Origin: Wallemia ichthyophaga EXF-994
Lineage: Eukaryota > Fungi > Basidiomycota
Length of the DNA stretch: 62,000 bases
NCBI RefSeq assembly: GCF_000400465.1
Contig: NW_008806289.1
Span: 180,001 to 242,000, forward strand
Direction of reading: 5' to 3'
Below, piece by piece: positions 36,886 through 49,664 of this stretch. Numbering within the stretch: the first letter of the stretch is position 1; every line of letters begins with the position of its first letter. The position numbers and the translations under genes are program-made. Below the pieces are notes generated by a model. The model made no database searches. It saw only the letters and a program-made list of their open reading frames with translations, and was not told the origin of the DNA.

Positions 36886-38482
36886 ATGAGCACCACATTC
36901 CAATACGATTTCGCAGCAAACCACAAGAATTCAGATTTCCAAGGCAAGGTCAACTTCCCCACCGGAGTCTTCATCAACAACGAATTCTCCGCCGGATCCA
37001 CCGGCAAGTCGATTGACATTGTCAACCCATCAACTTCCAAGGTCATCACACAGATCAGCGAGGGCACCGCCGACGACGTCGACAGAGCTGTGCGTGCTGC
37101 CCGCGATGCACACGACAACCGTTGGGGCACCACGGTTCACGGTTCCGAGCGTGGTCGCCTTCTTATCCGCCTTGCCGATCTGATGGAGGAGCACGCAGAC
37201 GAGTTGGCTGCTCTTGAGTAAGTGGCCGCTGCCTTGCAATCCACCACTCACCCGCTCAGGTGTCTTGACAACGGCAAACCTTTCAAGTTCGCAAGAAGTT
37301 TCGATATCCCAGAGGCTGCTGCCAACTTTAGATACTTTGGTGGCTGGGCAGACAAGGTCCAAGGCCACACCATGGAAGTCGGCGACGACAAGTTGGCCTA
37401 CACGAGATATGAGGCTATGGGTGTCTGTGGATCTGTGATTCCTTGGAACTTCCCATTGCTTATGGCTGTGAGTTTGGCTGTAAAATGCTTATCGGCTATA
37501 CTCACAATCCATTCTTTAGTCCTGGAAGCTGGCCCCTGCTATCGCCACTGGCAACGCTGTCGTCATCAAGCCATCTGAGATCACTCCCCTCACAGCTCTT
37601 CGTTTGGCTTCTCTTATCAAGGAGGCAGGCTTCCCAGCAGGTGTCGTAAACATTGTCGTTGGTTATGGCCAGACTGTCGGCTCTGCCATCATCGATCACC
37701 CAAACATCGACAAGGTCGCTTTCACTGGCTCAACTGCAGTCGGTAAACTCGTCATGAAGGCTGCTGCAAACAACGTCAAGAATGTCACCCTCGAATTAGG
37801 TGGAAAGTCTCCATCTGTCGTGTTTGAAGATGCTAATCTCGCAAACGCTGTCCAGCAGACAGCATTTGGTATTTGGTTCAACTCTGCTCAATGTTGCTGC
37901 GCAGGATCACGTATCCTTGTCGAGGAGTCAATCTACGATGAGTTTGTTAAGGGTTTCAAAGATTTCACAAACACATTGAAGATCGGTGATCCATTCGACA
38001 ATGAGACATTCTTCGGTCCAGTTGTCTCACAGGCCCAACAAAGCCGTGTTAATGGCTTTATCGAAAGCGGCAAGAAGGATGCCAAGGTGATTGAATGCGG
38101 TGGTGAACCATCCAACCTTGGTGGATACTTTGTCAAACCAAACATCTTCCTTGATGCTCCTGCCGACTGTGAAATTCAACGTCAAGAGATTTTCGGTCCA
38201 GCAGTGACTATTTCAAAGTTCTCAAAGAATGATGACGTTGTCAAGCTCGCAAACGACACAGACTATGGTCTCGCAGCATCAGTATTCACTGACAACTTCA
38301 GCAAAGCTCACAAGACTGCTCACGCTATAAAAGCAGGTACAGTATGGATCAACCAACACAACGTATTAACCAAGAATGTTCCATTCGGTGGTTACAAGCA
38401 ATCAGGATTGGGTCGTGAGATGGGATCTGAGGTGTTGAAGAACTATGTCCAAAGCAAGTCTGTCTTTGCTCAATTCACGTAA
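36886..38482 (+). CDS. NAD(P)+ aldehyde dehydrogenase (ALDH1/2-like, no presequence)
   Basis: IPWNFPLLM, KPSEITP, AFTGSTAVG, TLELGGKS (catalytic Glu), QCCCAGSR (catalytic Cys), EIFGP, PFGGYKQSGLGRE. 2 introns. Confidence 0.96.
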
Positions 38483-38764
38483 TGTTCTCGCTTGATATCG
38501 CTTTAACGATTTCTTGGTTTGATGCCAATGCTTCAAGTAATGAATGAACGATTTGTAAATGACTTTATACATGGAATTGATTTTAAGATTATTGTTGGTC
38601 AGGCTGACTTTCCAAGGTGTTCGATTTGTGTGGCAATTGAAGGAAAAGGAGTTTGAGTCAAGTGCACAGCTTTAGCATCTTCTTGCTAACAAATACTGGG
38701 TTTATTAAATAAAAATTTCCGTTTTAAGACCATTTATTAAATTGATCATATGGATTTCAACCAG

Positions 38765-39500
38765 TCATGCGACACCTCTCTCCAGAACGACCAACACGAA
38801 CATCTCGTGAGTATTGTTTACACCAAACAAAACTGTTGTTGAATTGTTGCTCTCTTCTATCATAACCAGGCTCAGCATTGATTCGACGCCACTCTCGTAG
38901 TCGCTCCTATCATGTCTGTTCACTCGTTTGATAGAATCTTCAAAGGAGCGTGTGCAGCCTAAGGCAACAAGTTTAAATGCGTGGATGATTCGTAAGTACT
39001 CGCTGTGACTCTCTTCATCAGTGACTCCAACTTTTCAAACATCAGCTTTCAACCAGATCTCCACTATTCCTGGCCGTGTCCCTTTACGGTTTTCACCGCC
39101 ACTATAGTCTTTCTAAGAGAGAGTCTCGTCGATCCCTGATTTTGAACAAACGATTCAGGTTTGGTTGGAGGTTTGAGTCATAAGTCCTGGCTTGGAACAG
39201 TCACTTGGAAGATATCTCACAAGTTATCTAAGTAGCTTGCAAAAGCAGTCGCTTCTGTATCCACCGCGTCATGTCGTGTGCTAAACAGCACGACATAAGG
39301 GCTTCCACCCCACGATCCCTTTCTCAGTAGAGAAAAGTCTCTTAGCATGTCCAAGGACTGTTGGGAGACACGTGGGCCACTTCTCTGTGACTCTGACTTC
39401 TTTTGTTGTCAAAGTTTCAAAGAAGTGGCTTACGTTTTTGCTTTTGTAATTTATAATGATTTGAACGAAGAATTTGACCAAGGTGATACAAAGACAATGT
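38765..39500 (-). CDS. Candidate multi-exon orphan gene or pseudogene
   Basis: Stop-free 89-codon frame 39034-38765 with no early ATG, plus an upstream stop-free frame (...MLRDFSLLRKGSWGGSPYVVLFSTRHDAVD...). Exons could not be joined cleanly. Confidence 0.3.
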
Positions 39501-39545
39501 GTAATGAGAGCTGTTGGAATTACTTTATTCAATACCGTCACCTCA

Positions 39546-40262
39546 ATGGTGAGTGATTTCGTCGGTATCAAGCAATCAGCTCAATTGAAATAACTACAGT
39601 CTGTAACCCTGCACACTTCTCTAGGAGATCTCAAAGTGAGTACACGTTATTACAGTGATCGATGTCACCAACGTTATCTCAAGATAGAAGTCTTCTGTGA
39701 AGCTGTACCGCAAGCGTCTGAGGTGAGTGAGAGTGCAATTCCATCTATAAATCACCACTCACACGGTAATAGAACTTTTTAGCCTTGTGCGCTAGTGGAT
39801 ATTATGATGGTTGCAAGTTTCATCGGTTAGTTGAATTTGCGATTAATTGGGTGGCTAATCGATGACAATAGTAATATTAAAGGATTCATGACTCAAACTG
39901 GTGACCCTACTGGCAGCGGTAAAGGCGGTCAGTCGATTTACGGAGAGCCATATCCCGATGAGATAAGGTCAACATTCAAGTTTAACAATAGAGGTTTAGT
40001 TGCGTTTGCTAATAGTGGAAGTGATAGTAATAGATCGCAATTCTTCATTACATACGCTGCAACGCCCCATCTTAACAGTAAATACACTATCTTTGGCAGA
40101 GTAATTGATGGCGCTGAGAATGGCACTCTTGGCGCAATTGAAAGGGTGCCCTCCGGTACCCAGAAGGAAGGTTTCAGACCAAAGCACGATATTTTACTTA
40201 AAGAAATTACAATACACTCTAATCCAATAGCTAGTAAGATAGTTAGAGACAATTACGTGTAA
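39546..40262 (+). CDS. Cyclophilin PPIL3/Cyp10
   Basis: ATG|SVTLHTSLGDLK|IEVFCEAVP...|NFLALCASGYYDGCKFHR|NIKGFMTQTGDPTGSGKGG, SQFFITY, YTIFGRVIDG. Confidence 0.93.
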
Positions 40263-40296
40263 AATTGCGTGTAAATATACAAGAAGATCAATATTT

Positions 40297-40325
40297 ATTC
40301 ACTATTCACTATTCACTATTCACTA
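40297..40325. repeat. (ATTCACT)x4 heptamer tandem repeat
   Basis: attcactattcactattcactattcacta read directly. Overlaps the stop of the minus-strand gene. Confidence 0.9.
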
Positions 40326-42028
40326 TCCTCCAGCTGACAAGAAAACTCTGTACATCTCAGTCGACTCTATTTTATCGTCACTTTTCGTGTACCTCACAAA
40401 TACTTCCATCACGTTCTTCCTTTGCAATGTAACTAACCAGTTCTGCTCCCCTGGTTGACACGTTGTAGTTGATCCAAATTGTATTATTGAACCATTGAAC
40501 CTCAACAGAATATCCCTACCTTCGGTTTTTATATCTTCCTTGTCGTACGTTTTCACCTCAACATTGATACCAGGTGGGAATGGAATCGTGAGAGTATGGT
40601 CAACGAAATATCTAAGATCGACGAATGATCTCCCAATCTTCATCGCCATAAGTGAGGGCTGCATCTTTAACATTTTATTTTCATGTGTAGAGTCCGCCCT
40701 TGCCTCAATAGGTAAAATAAGTTCATCTTTCTCGTCCTTCTTCTGTGTTTCAATTTTAGACGGTGTAGCAGATGGTGATTGTTGATGAGATTTTAGCAGT
40801 GGTTGTGATGCAAAATTTTCATTTGTTGGATCAATTGATGAGCGCTCAGATTGATACTGACTGATATCAAAATTAGGTGCAGCTTTAAGAGGAAATGATG
40901 GTCTTGTTTTGGGTGGTGGTTTAACGTCAACATATGTAGAAGGTATGCGTTGACCATCTGGTGTCATTACTATTCTGAACAGCTTCTCGTCCAGCATGTC
41001 ATCGGGTACGAACATTTTTAGCAGTTCGTACATTATGTCTTTCAATTCTCTAGCGTCGTTGTAGATTTCCGAGCCTTCTTCATTGAAATGCATCGCATTG
41101 TTGAACATGAGCTCCATATCTTCGACTATTTCACTGATTGTGGTGTAAAATTTCTCAGCCATGTTCTTGTTAATGATATCGAACGACATTGGGTTGTCAA
41201 TCACCTGCTTTTGTCAGCCGTCGGATGAGATAGTAAACCTAATCAACTCACATCGTAGTAGTAAGGCACCTCCTTCTCTTCAGGTAGAATATTGAAGGGC
41301 TCTGATAGTAATTTACCAGTATCTTTATCACGATGGGCCATCAATTTGTCAATAACTTTCTTCACAATCTTGTTTATACCCTTGGGTCTACCTCTTTTAG
41401 ATTTCTGTTGAGGGAAGAAGAAGCCACTCTCATTAGGATCAGGACCACCGTCAACGCTACCATATTCACAGAACTTTTGGAACCACTCTTTAACTTTCTT
41501 AAGCATAAATTTAGCATCAACTACGATTTGACTGTTCTTTGCGTTGTATTTCTTTGCATTAGCGAAGCAGAGTTCAAAGTCATTTTTCATTTCAAGCATG
41601 CTGACGTATTCCTTGTTATTGATTCTTGCTTCAATTTGTTGAAAAGATATTGGCTTCTTAATAACGGTATAATAATCGGGGAGAAATTCACCATTAGGAA
41701 GGTTAATGAATTCTGTTGATAATAATCTACCACTATCATCCTTCAAGTCTTTCATTTTATTATATAGATTTAACGATTGATCCAATTCGTTTTGTATATT
41801 ATTTACTTGATAGCTGTTCTTATCGGTATTTGTAACTCTTCTGCGCTTTCTAGAAGTTGAATTGCTCGCAGGTTCAATATCCAAATCATCTGCCAAGTAC
41901 TCATCTGAGTGACCTTCATCTTTGGCTTTAGATTCTAAAGGGACAGGTTCATCGATGTATTCATCATCAGCTTCACTTTTAGCTTCGTCTTTAATGTCCT
42001 CCTTGATATCCTTCACATCGTCTGCCAT
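40323..42028 (-). CDS. Tandem-bromodomain protein (Rsc4/polybromo-like)
   Basis: Bromo 1 PDYYTVIKKPISF...CFANAKKYN. Bromo 2 VPYYYD|VIDNPMSF...MFNNAMHFNEEGSEIY. C-terminal beta-rich domain. Confidence 0.85.
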
Positions 42029-42449
42029 TTTGAGATAGTGATGATGATGTTGTTGGTTGAAGGAGGAAATCCATCGGGAAATGAATTGTTTGGTCAATCG
42101 GCATAGCTTGTGATGTATTTTACAAATGAATCGCACTTTCATACGCTCAAGTACAATCTTCAATATGATTGGTTGAAATCACTTTGCCTGTGAATTTGGA
42201 TAAATGTGAATAATTAAATTGTCTATCGAATTAAATTTGATTAGACAGCCACCATAGACATGACCATGTTGACGATCTGCACATAACTTTAATGACGTCG
42301 TCATAGCGGATATTGGTGGACTTGTATGGCTTAAAATAGTGACCTGAATGATCAAAGTACAGCCACATTTCACTCGGAATTTATTTGTTTTAACTTTATT
42401 CGTAATCAGTCTATTTTCCAGGCCCATAATCCCCTAAGAGAAGACCGCG

Positions 42450-44073
42450 ATGAGTAATGACTTGATTATTCTATTCGTTTTAATTTTGGCATGCCTATTA
42501 GCCTACAGACTAACCACAAACAAATCAAACGTACACAAATTCACGCGTATTAACAATAGCCACCTAATCTTTGGCAACTTCTTAGAGGCTTTAGGAATGT
42601 TTGACAAAAAATTCCCAGAATGGACTGAAATATACGGTCCAACTTTCATATTCGAAACTTTATTTCGCAAACAACATGTACACACGATCGACCCACTCGC
42701 TCTGGATCACATCCTCAGAAAGCGCAGTTACTCATATCCGAAAACGGTTGGTTTGAGGAAGTCTCTTGATTCAGTGATTGGTTTCGGTGGAATGATATCA
42801 TCTGAAGGCGATTATCATAAACGCCTAAAGAAGTTGATGACTAGCCCACTGAATAGCCCCACCAATTTGGAATCATTCATCCCTCTGATGAAGAGTAAGG
42901 GAGATCAGCTAGTCAAAGTTATCGAAAAGCTCATCGGTAATGAGAAGATTAAAGAATTAGATATTCTGCCGCTAATCGAAGAACTGGCTGGCGATATTGT
43001 TGGTCTTACATTATTCAGACTAGACCTCGGCTTATTACCAAACACTAATGATATCCATGCTAAGAATACCTCAAATATCGCTAAAGCTGTTGAACACCTC
43101 TCAGACAGCAAAGGTGACGCTAGTCTGGCATTCTTTTTACAATTCGTTATCCCAATAACTGGTTCATTGCCAACATCTACACAAAGACTGAATAAAAAGC
43201 ACCTTAGTGAATTTAAAAAGACTGCTGAAATACTCTATCACAACAAACTTGAAAGTTTGCAAGAATCAAAGGAGATTGGTGAAGATTTGAACACAGAAAA
43301 CGATATCCTGACACTCCTCATCGATGCAAACTTGAAGCAGGTGAAAAGTGAACAATTTACTAAGGATCAGATTATATCACAAATCACTACGTTTATTGTG
43401 AGTGTGTGTTGACCGCCTATCATTGCTAAATGTCATCCTTCTCCAGATAGCAGGCATAGATACAACTACCGTCACGCTCAATTGGATATTATACGCTTTA
43501 TCTACCAATCAATCAACACAATCAAAGTTAAGACATGAGATTGAGACTGCCAACATCAAACATGATCCAAGCCCAACACTCAATAGCATCAACTCCTTAG
43601 ATTATTTAGATGCAGTAGTCAAAGAAGGACTGAGATTGTATGCGGCAGTTCCAAACACGATTAGAGAGGCGAGTCAGGATGATGTCATCCCACTCAAGTA
43701 CCCGATCAAAGATAGAAAGACAGGAGAACTGATGGATAAGATAATAGTAAACAAGGGTCAGCAGATACTGATTCCTATACATTCCTACAACAAGTCATCG
43801 TACAACTTCGATGACGGATACGTTTTCAAACCAGAGAGGTGGATTGAGAATCCCAATCAGCCAATTTTGACATTCTTGGATGGTACTAGAATGTGTATCG
43901 GTGCCAAATTGGCTTTATTAGAGATTAAACTTACGCTTATACACTTGATCACTTCTTTTCACTTCGATTTCGATGATGCTTATGAAGTAGAGGCAAGAGG
44001 TAGAGTCACACTCCATCCATCTGTAAAGGGTCTGAAAAATCCTAAAATGTTATTAAATTTGAATAAATTATAA
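42450..44073 (+). CDS. Cytochrome P450 (copy 1, one intron in the I-helix)
   Basis: N-terminal TM, IAGIDTT, EGLR, PERW, FLDGTRMCIG. Confidence 0.95.
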
Positions 44074-44097
44074 TTATAAGACTCTTATAACACAACT

Positions 44098-45723
44098 ATG
44101 ATGATCTGGTGGCTTGGGAGTCTAGTTATAGCCGTGATAATAGCTTTATACATAAGAAGATATCCTACAAATGTCAACAATATCCCCAGAATCCCGTTCT
44201 CAAGTTATTTCTTCGGTCATGTCAAGCATCTGTTTGATAAATGCTTTGGCGATTGTCTGATTGGCTGGACGAATGAATATGGATACACTTACGTGTTAGA
44301 GTCTATTCTCAGAGAACCTTTATTACACACTATCGATAAGTCAGCACTTAATCACGTTCTCCAGAGGAACTCGCACAATTATACCAAACCCCAGGCAGTC
44401 CAAAACGTGATGCGGAAAGTATTCGGACGTGATGGTATATTTATCTCAGAAGGTTCTCAGCACAAAAAGCTACGCAAATTAATGACGCCGTCTTTCTTCA
44501 CTGCTAGCAATCTCCAGAACTTCATTCCAATCATTCAACAGAAGTCTGCGGAATTGGTTGATGTTTTCGGCAAAAAAGATACTGTGCAGTTTGACGTGCT
44601 ACAAGACTTTAAAAATGTCTCTACTGATATTGTCGGCATGATTGGTCAGTGTGATTGACATTATATACGTCATACTGATCGACAATCAGGCTTCGGTTTC
44701 TCATTCGATCTGTTAAACCCTATCAAAAAACGTGATCAGCGTCAAATAGAGTTGCATCAAGCGTTACAACACGTTATCGCATCTGCTGGTTCATCATCTC
44801 TATTCACGTCCTTATCACTATTCATATCTTCAATGAAGATAATTCCAACAAAAAGTTTTAAGCTTTTGAAAGAAGCTATGGCTTTGTTCGAGCAAGTTGG
44901 TTTGGATCTTATGAAAGGGAGGAAAGAAGTAGAGAAAGAGAATGAGGAGATCGGTGAAGGCTCATTCCAAGGCAAAGATGTGCTATCCCTACTTATGAAA
45001 TCGAATCTCAGACCTGAACTCAACCCAAGCGATAGACTGAGTACTTCAGAGGTCGTTTCGCAGATTGCAACTTTTTTGGTCGCCGGTACTGATACAACGT
45101 CGAACGCTATGGCTTATATGCTTCACTCGTTAGCTTCAAATAAACGAGTGCAAGATAAATTACGCAGCGAGATAATCGAGCACGCACTAAATATGAATGA
45201 ATCAACCTCGCTTAATGACGTCAATTCACTTCCATATCTCGATATGGTGATTAAGGAGACACTCAGACTGAACGCACCTGTTCCCCTCACTATCAGACAA
45301 GCTACAAATGCTGATGTCATACCCCTAGCTCATCCAGTGAAGGATACAAAGACAGGTGATATGATTTCACAGATAGTGGTTAAGCCTGGACAGAAGGTCG
45401 TGATCGGAATACACTCATACAACAAATCTAACTTGATGTGGGACAAGCCGCTCGAGTATATTCCAGAGCGGTACGAAAATGACACCCACAGCCCACCTTA
45501 TCTATCTTTCATCGACGGTCAGAGAGTGTGTATCGGATATAAAGTAGCGATACTTGAAATGAAGATCACTGCTATCAACTTAATCAAGAACTTTACCTTC
45601 TCACTCCCTGATCCACCGCACAACATCGTGAAAACCGGTAGAATGGTTCATACACCGTGGATTCGCGAGCGCATGGATCTAGGCACTAGGCTAGAGCTGC
45701 AAGTGAATGAATACAAGCTCTAG
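44098..45723 (+). CDS. Cytochrome P450 (copy 2, one intron)
   Basis: VAGTDTT, ETLR, PERY, FIDGQRVCIG. GTCAGT...TCAG intron at DIVGMIG|FGFSF. Confidence 0.95.
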
Positions 45724-45812
45724 AAGTATATAATCATATCATACGTATAGAATTATAGAAAAAGTGTAGAATCACATGTGAAGTATGTTTTATGTTACAT
45801 AACCAACCTACT

Positions 45813-47469
45813 CTATCGAATATTACCACTTTTATTTCCGCCTCTTTCTAAAATACCCATACCGTCCTTCTTTGTACCACTTGATCCAGTCTTTGATTCC
45901 CATACTTTCCAGAACTTGAGTGATTCGTCACCTGCACCTGTTGCGAGAATGGTTCCATCAGGAGATAAACCTGAGTGCAAGACACGGGCGTCGTGAGCTG
46001 GCCAAGCGCCTACATTTGATAGAGATGGGTATGAGTGAACTTGAATGTTATTTTCACTGCGGGGTGGGTTAGTCAAGTGTCTCCCGTGATAGCATCACCA
46101 CTCACGGGAATCCATGTGTTGACAGGATCTCACGCGTGTGGTGTGAGAAATGTAAACCGGTAACCTGGCTGTCGAGTTTGAGAGAGTTGAGTCGAGCGCC
46201 TGTGGCAGACTGCCAGAAATGGATAGTATGATCACCTGTACCACCGCCAGAAGCTAAGAGCGAAGGTGTCCACGGACACCAAGCTAAGGCTTTGACGGCA
46301 GCCTCGTGGTTGCGTTTTGACCATCTCGGTTCAGGGCTTCTACCTTGAGCTGATTCGGAGGGTGAGGATGTACCAGTACCGACTCTCCAATCCCAGCAAT
46401 TGACAACATTGTCGTTTCCACCACTGGCAAGGGTGTAACCTTCCTGCGGTTTCCATGCCAGTCCTGTGACTTCAGATGCGTGGCCATTCAGCTCACCAAC
46501 TTTGTGTTGCTGTACTCTAACATCGTGCAGGTGGATCTGACCAGATTTAGAACCAGATGCCAGTATATGTTGCGACCAAGATAATGTACCAGTTCTAGCT
46601 AAATGACCGGCCATCTTTCTCAGTCTCTTGCCTGATTCTATGTCGTAGATCTGTATAGAGGAATCCGCCCAACCAGTAGCGAGATATGAACCGTCTTCTG
46701 TCCACTTGAGCGACTGAACATCACCACTGTTGAAATCCTCGCCATTGCAAAGCTCCTTCACAGACCCGTCGTCGGCATTCCACACAAATACGCGTGCACC
46801 AATACCGACAGCCAGAAGATTGGTGCTCGACCAGCTAAGAAGGTTGTAATAAAAATCATCCACTAATCCTGGCGCATCTAGCACTCTGTCTGGTTTCATC
46901 TTTGACAGATTCCGCTTAGGGTTTGGCTGTGCCTTGGTGCTGCTCGACGAAGCGTTGCGACTCGAGGTAGATTTAGCTAAATTGATGCGAATGTCCGTGT
47001 GCACACTCGCACTGCTCACAGGCGGGGGCTCTGCGAATGCGAGGATACGCTTGCTGTTGGTTGCGCTCCCTACAGCCCCATCGCCGTCGGTAGTCAGGAG
47101 CGGTGGCTCGTGCTCAATATCCTCCTCGTGATCCTTAGTGTTGCTAGCTTCTAAAGCTGCTCTGTTTGGTACGAAGCGATCCTTCTCATTTGTCAGCGAT
47201 TTCGACGCGCTTATGACACGCTCACCCTGTCCAGCTGTATTTCGTCAGTCTACGCTTCTCTACACTCATTTCCTCACCTTCCTCGTCTCGCGTTTCGCAT
47301 CGCCGACTTGGGACGCAGACGTGTCTCCGCCGCGTCCAACTACATCCATCGTACGCGTGTGCTCTCTTCGGAGGCTGTCGACAGACGACGACCGCGACGT
47401 ATTCTCCTCGTCTTTCGTCAGCGCGAGTTTCGATAATTCTGCAGAGAGTGATTGTGGTGATGATGGCAT
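45813..47469 (-). CDS. CDC20: APC/C coactivator Cdc20/Slp1
   Basis: C-box DRFVPNR, RILAF motif, RVLDAPGLVDDFYYNLLSWS, LASGGNDNVV, HEAAVKALAWCPW, C-terminal IR tail. Confidence 0.93.
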
Positions 47470-47926
47470 TGCTTCGTGGTGGTTGGGGTTAGAGGGGGTG
47501 ATGGTATAATGACTGCTCAAGACGCCTCCACTCAATATGCCTCGACTCGCACAGAATATCGCCAGATGTACAGGGTGACGCTGATTGGCAATTTAGGCTG
47601 AACCTTTAGCATTTTCTAGCACGTCCTAGTTTCTGCCGCAACCGACTAACAAGTTAATACACCATGCACTGAGCTCCTTGGATCCGCCATTACCCGAAAA
47701 TTTTATAATTACACCGCACAGAGCCAACGTACATAATGATAGACTTTTTCATCATGTTACTTGAATGGGAAAGCCGTCGCGTCGATTCTTTGACCACTTA
47801 AGATACGACCCTACGTCGGATGTGATTAGCGAGAGGCACGCAGCATCAAGGTGTCTCAGATACGTCGGAACTAATTTCAAATTTTTAACAATTCTTACGA
47901 TGATCTACTTTTAGGAACAGACTCCG

Positions 47927-49554
47927 ATGATGTGGTTGCTTGGGAGTGTCGTTGCAGCTGCACTGATTGCCTTATATCTACGCAGATATCCTACGAATGT
48001 CAGTCATATCCCTAGAATCCCGTTCTCAAGTTATTTCTTCGGTCATGTCAAAGATATTTCTGATGAATGCTTCGGGGAACGTATGGTTAGCTGGACAAAT
48101 GAATATGGACACACTTACGTGATAGATTCCTTTTTAAGAGAGCCCTATATCCACACTATGGATAAGTCAGCACTTTACCATATTTTCCAGACGAACTCAC
48201 AAAATTACACCAAACCTAAGGCTTTCCGAGACGTAATGAGAACGATGATAGGTCGTGATGGCATACTCATCACTGAAGGCGCTCAGCACAAGAAGTTACG
48301 CAAATTAATGACACCGTCTTTCTTCACTGCTGGAAATTTACAGAACTTCATTCCAATCATTCAACAAAAAGCTACAGAATTGGTTGATGTTTTCAACAAT
48401 AAGGAGAAAGTGACATGTGATGTGCTGGACCCTTTGATGAATTTTTCTACTGATGTTGTCGGTTTAATTGGTGGGTGTGATACTAATGTTTTGTATGTTA
48501 TACTGATCGGCCCGACCCAGGTTTCGGTTTCTCATTCGATATGTTAAGCCCTGAAAGGAGACGTGAACAGCGTCAATCAGACCTGCAACAGGCGGTAGAA
48601 AGGATATTTTCTTCGGCTGGTCCTTCTTCGCTCTTAGCGTCAGTTTCATTTTTCATGTCCTCAATAATGATAATTCCAACAAAGGCTTTAAAACTTATAA
48701 AACAGGCCATGAGCTTGCTCGAGCACGTTGGGTTGGATCTAATGAAGGAAAAGGAAGAGGCAGAAAAAGAGAATGAAGAGATTGGTGAAGATTCATTCCA
48801 GGGTAAAGATATACTGTCTTTGCTAATGAAATCAAATCTCAATCCTGATCTCAATCCAAGTGATAAAATGAGTACTTCGGAGGTCGTTTCGCAGATTTCT
48901 ACTTTCCTGCTTGCTGGACTTGATACAACGTCAACTACGATGACGTTTATGCTCCACTCGTTAGCTTCGAATAAACGAGTGCAAGATAAATTGCGTAGCG
49001 AGATAATCGAACACGCACTAAATATGAATGAATCAACCTCGCTTAATGACGTCAATGCACTTCCTTATCTGGATTTGGTGATAAAAGAGGCACTCAGACT
49101 TAACGGACCTGTGCCTCTTGTTTTCAGGCAAGCTACAAAAGCCGATGTCATACCCTTAGCAAATCCAGTGAAGGATACAAAGACTGGTGATATGATTTCA
49201 CAGATAGTGATCAAGCCTGGTCAGAAGGTAGCGATCGGAATTCACTCATACAACAAATCTAACTTGATGTGGGACAAACCACTAGAGTTCATTCCAGAGC
49301 GGTACGAAAATGACACCCACAGCCCACCTAATCTATCTTTCATCGACGGCCAGAGAGTGTGCATTGGATTCAAATTAGCTTCGCTTCAAATGAAAATTTC
49401 TACCATTAACCTGATTAAAAACTTTACATTCTCGCTCCCTGATCCACCACAGACCCTCGTGAGAGCGGGTAGAGTGGTACATAAGCCTTACATTGGCGAG
49501 CGCAAGTATTTAGGTGCTAGATTAGAATTGCAAGTAAATGAGTACAAGCTTTAA
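47927..49554 (+). CDS. Cytochrome P450 (copy 3, close paralog of copy 2)
   Basis: LAGLDTT, EALR, PERY, FIDGQRVCIG. Long identical DNA stretches and the same intron position as copy 2. Confidence 0.95.
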
Positions 49555-49664
49555 TATGTAGGATTATGGATATTTCATATATTTGTTTTAAAGAGTTGTA
49601 TTGCCGATTAGTCGTCACCTCATCTTCTGCAAGATGGCAAGTCGTGAAGGCGGGCAAAGTGAAA

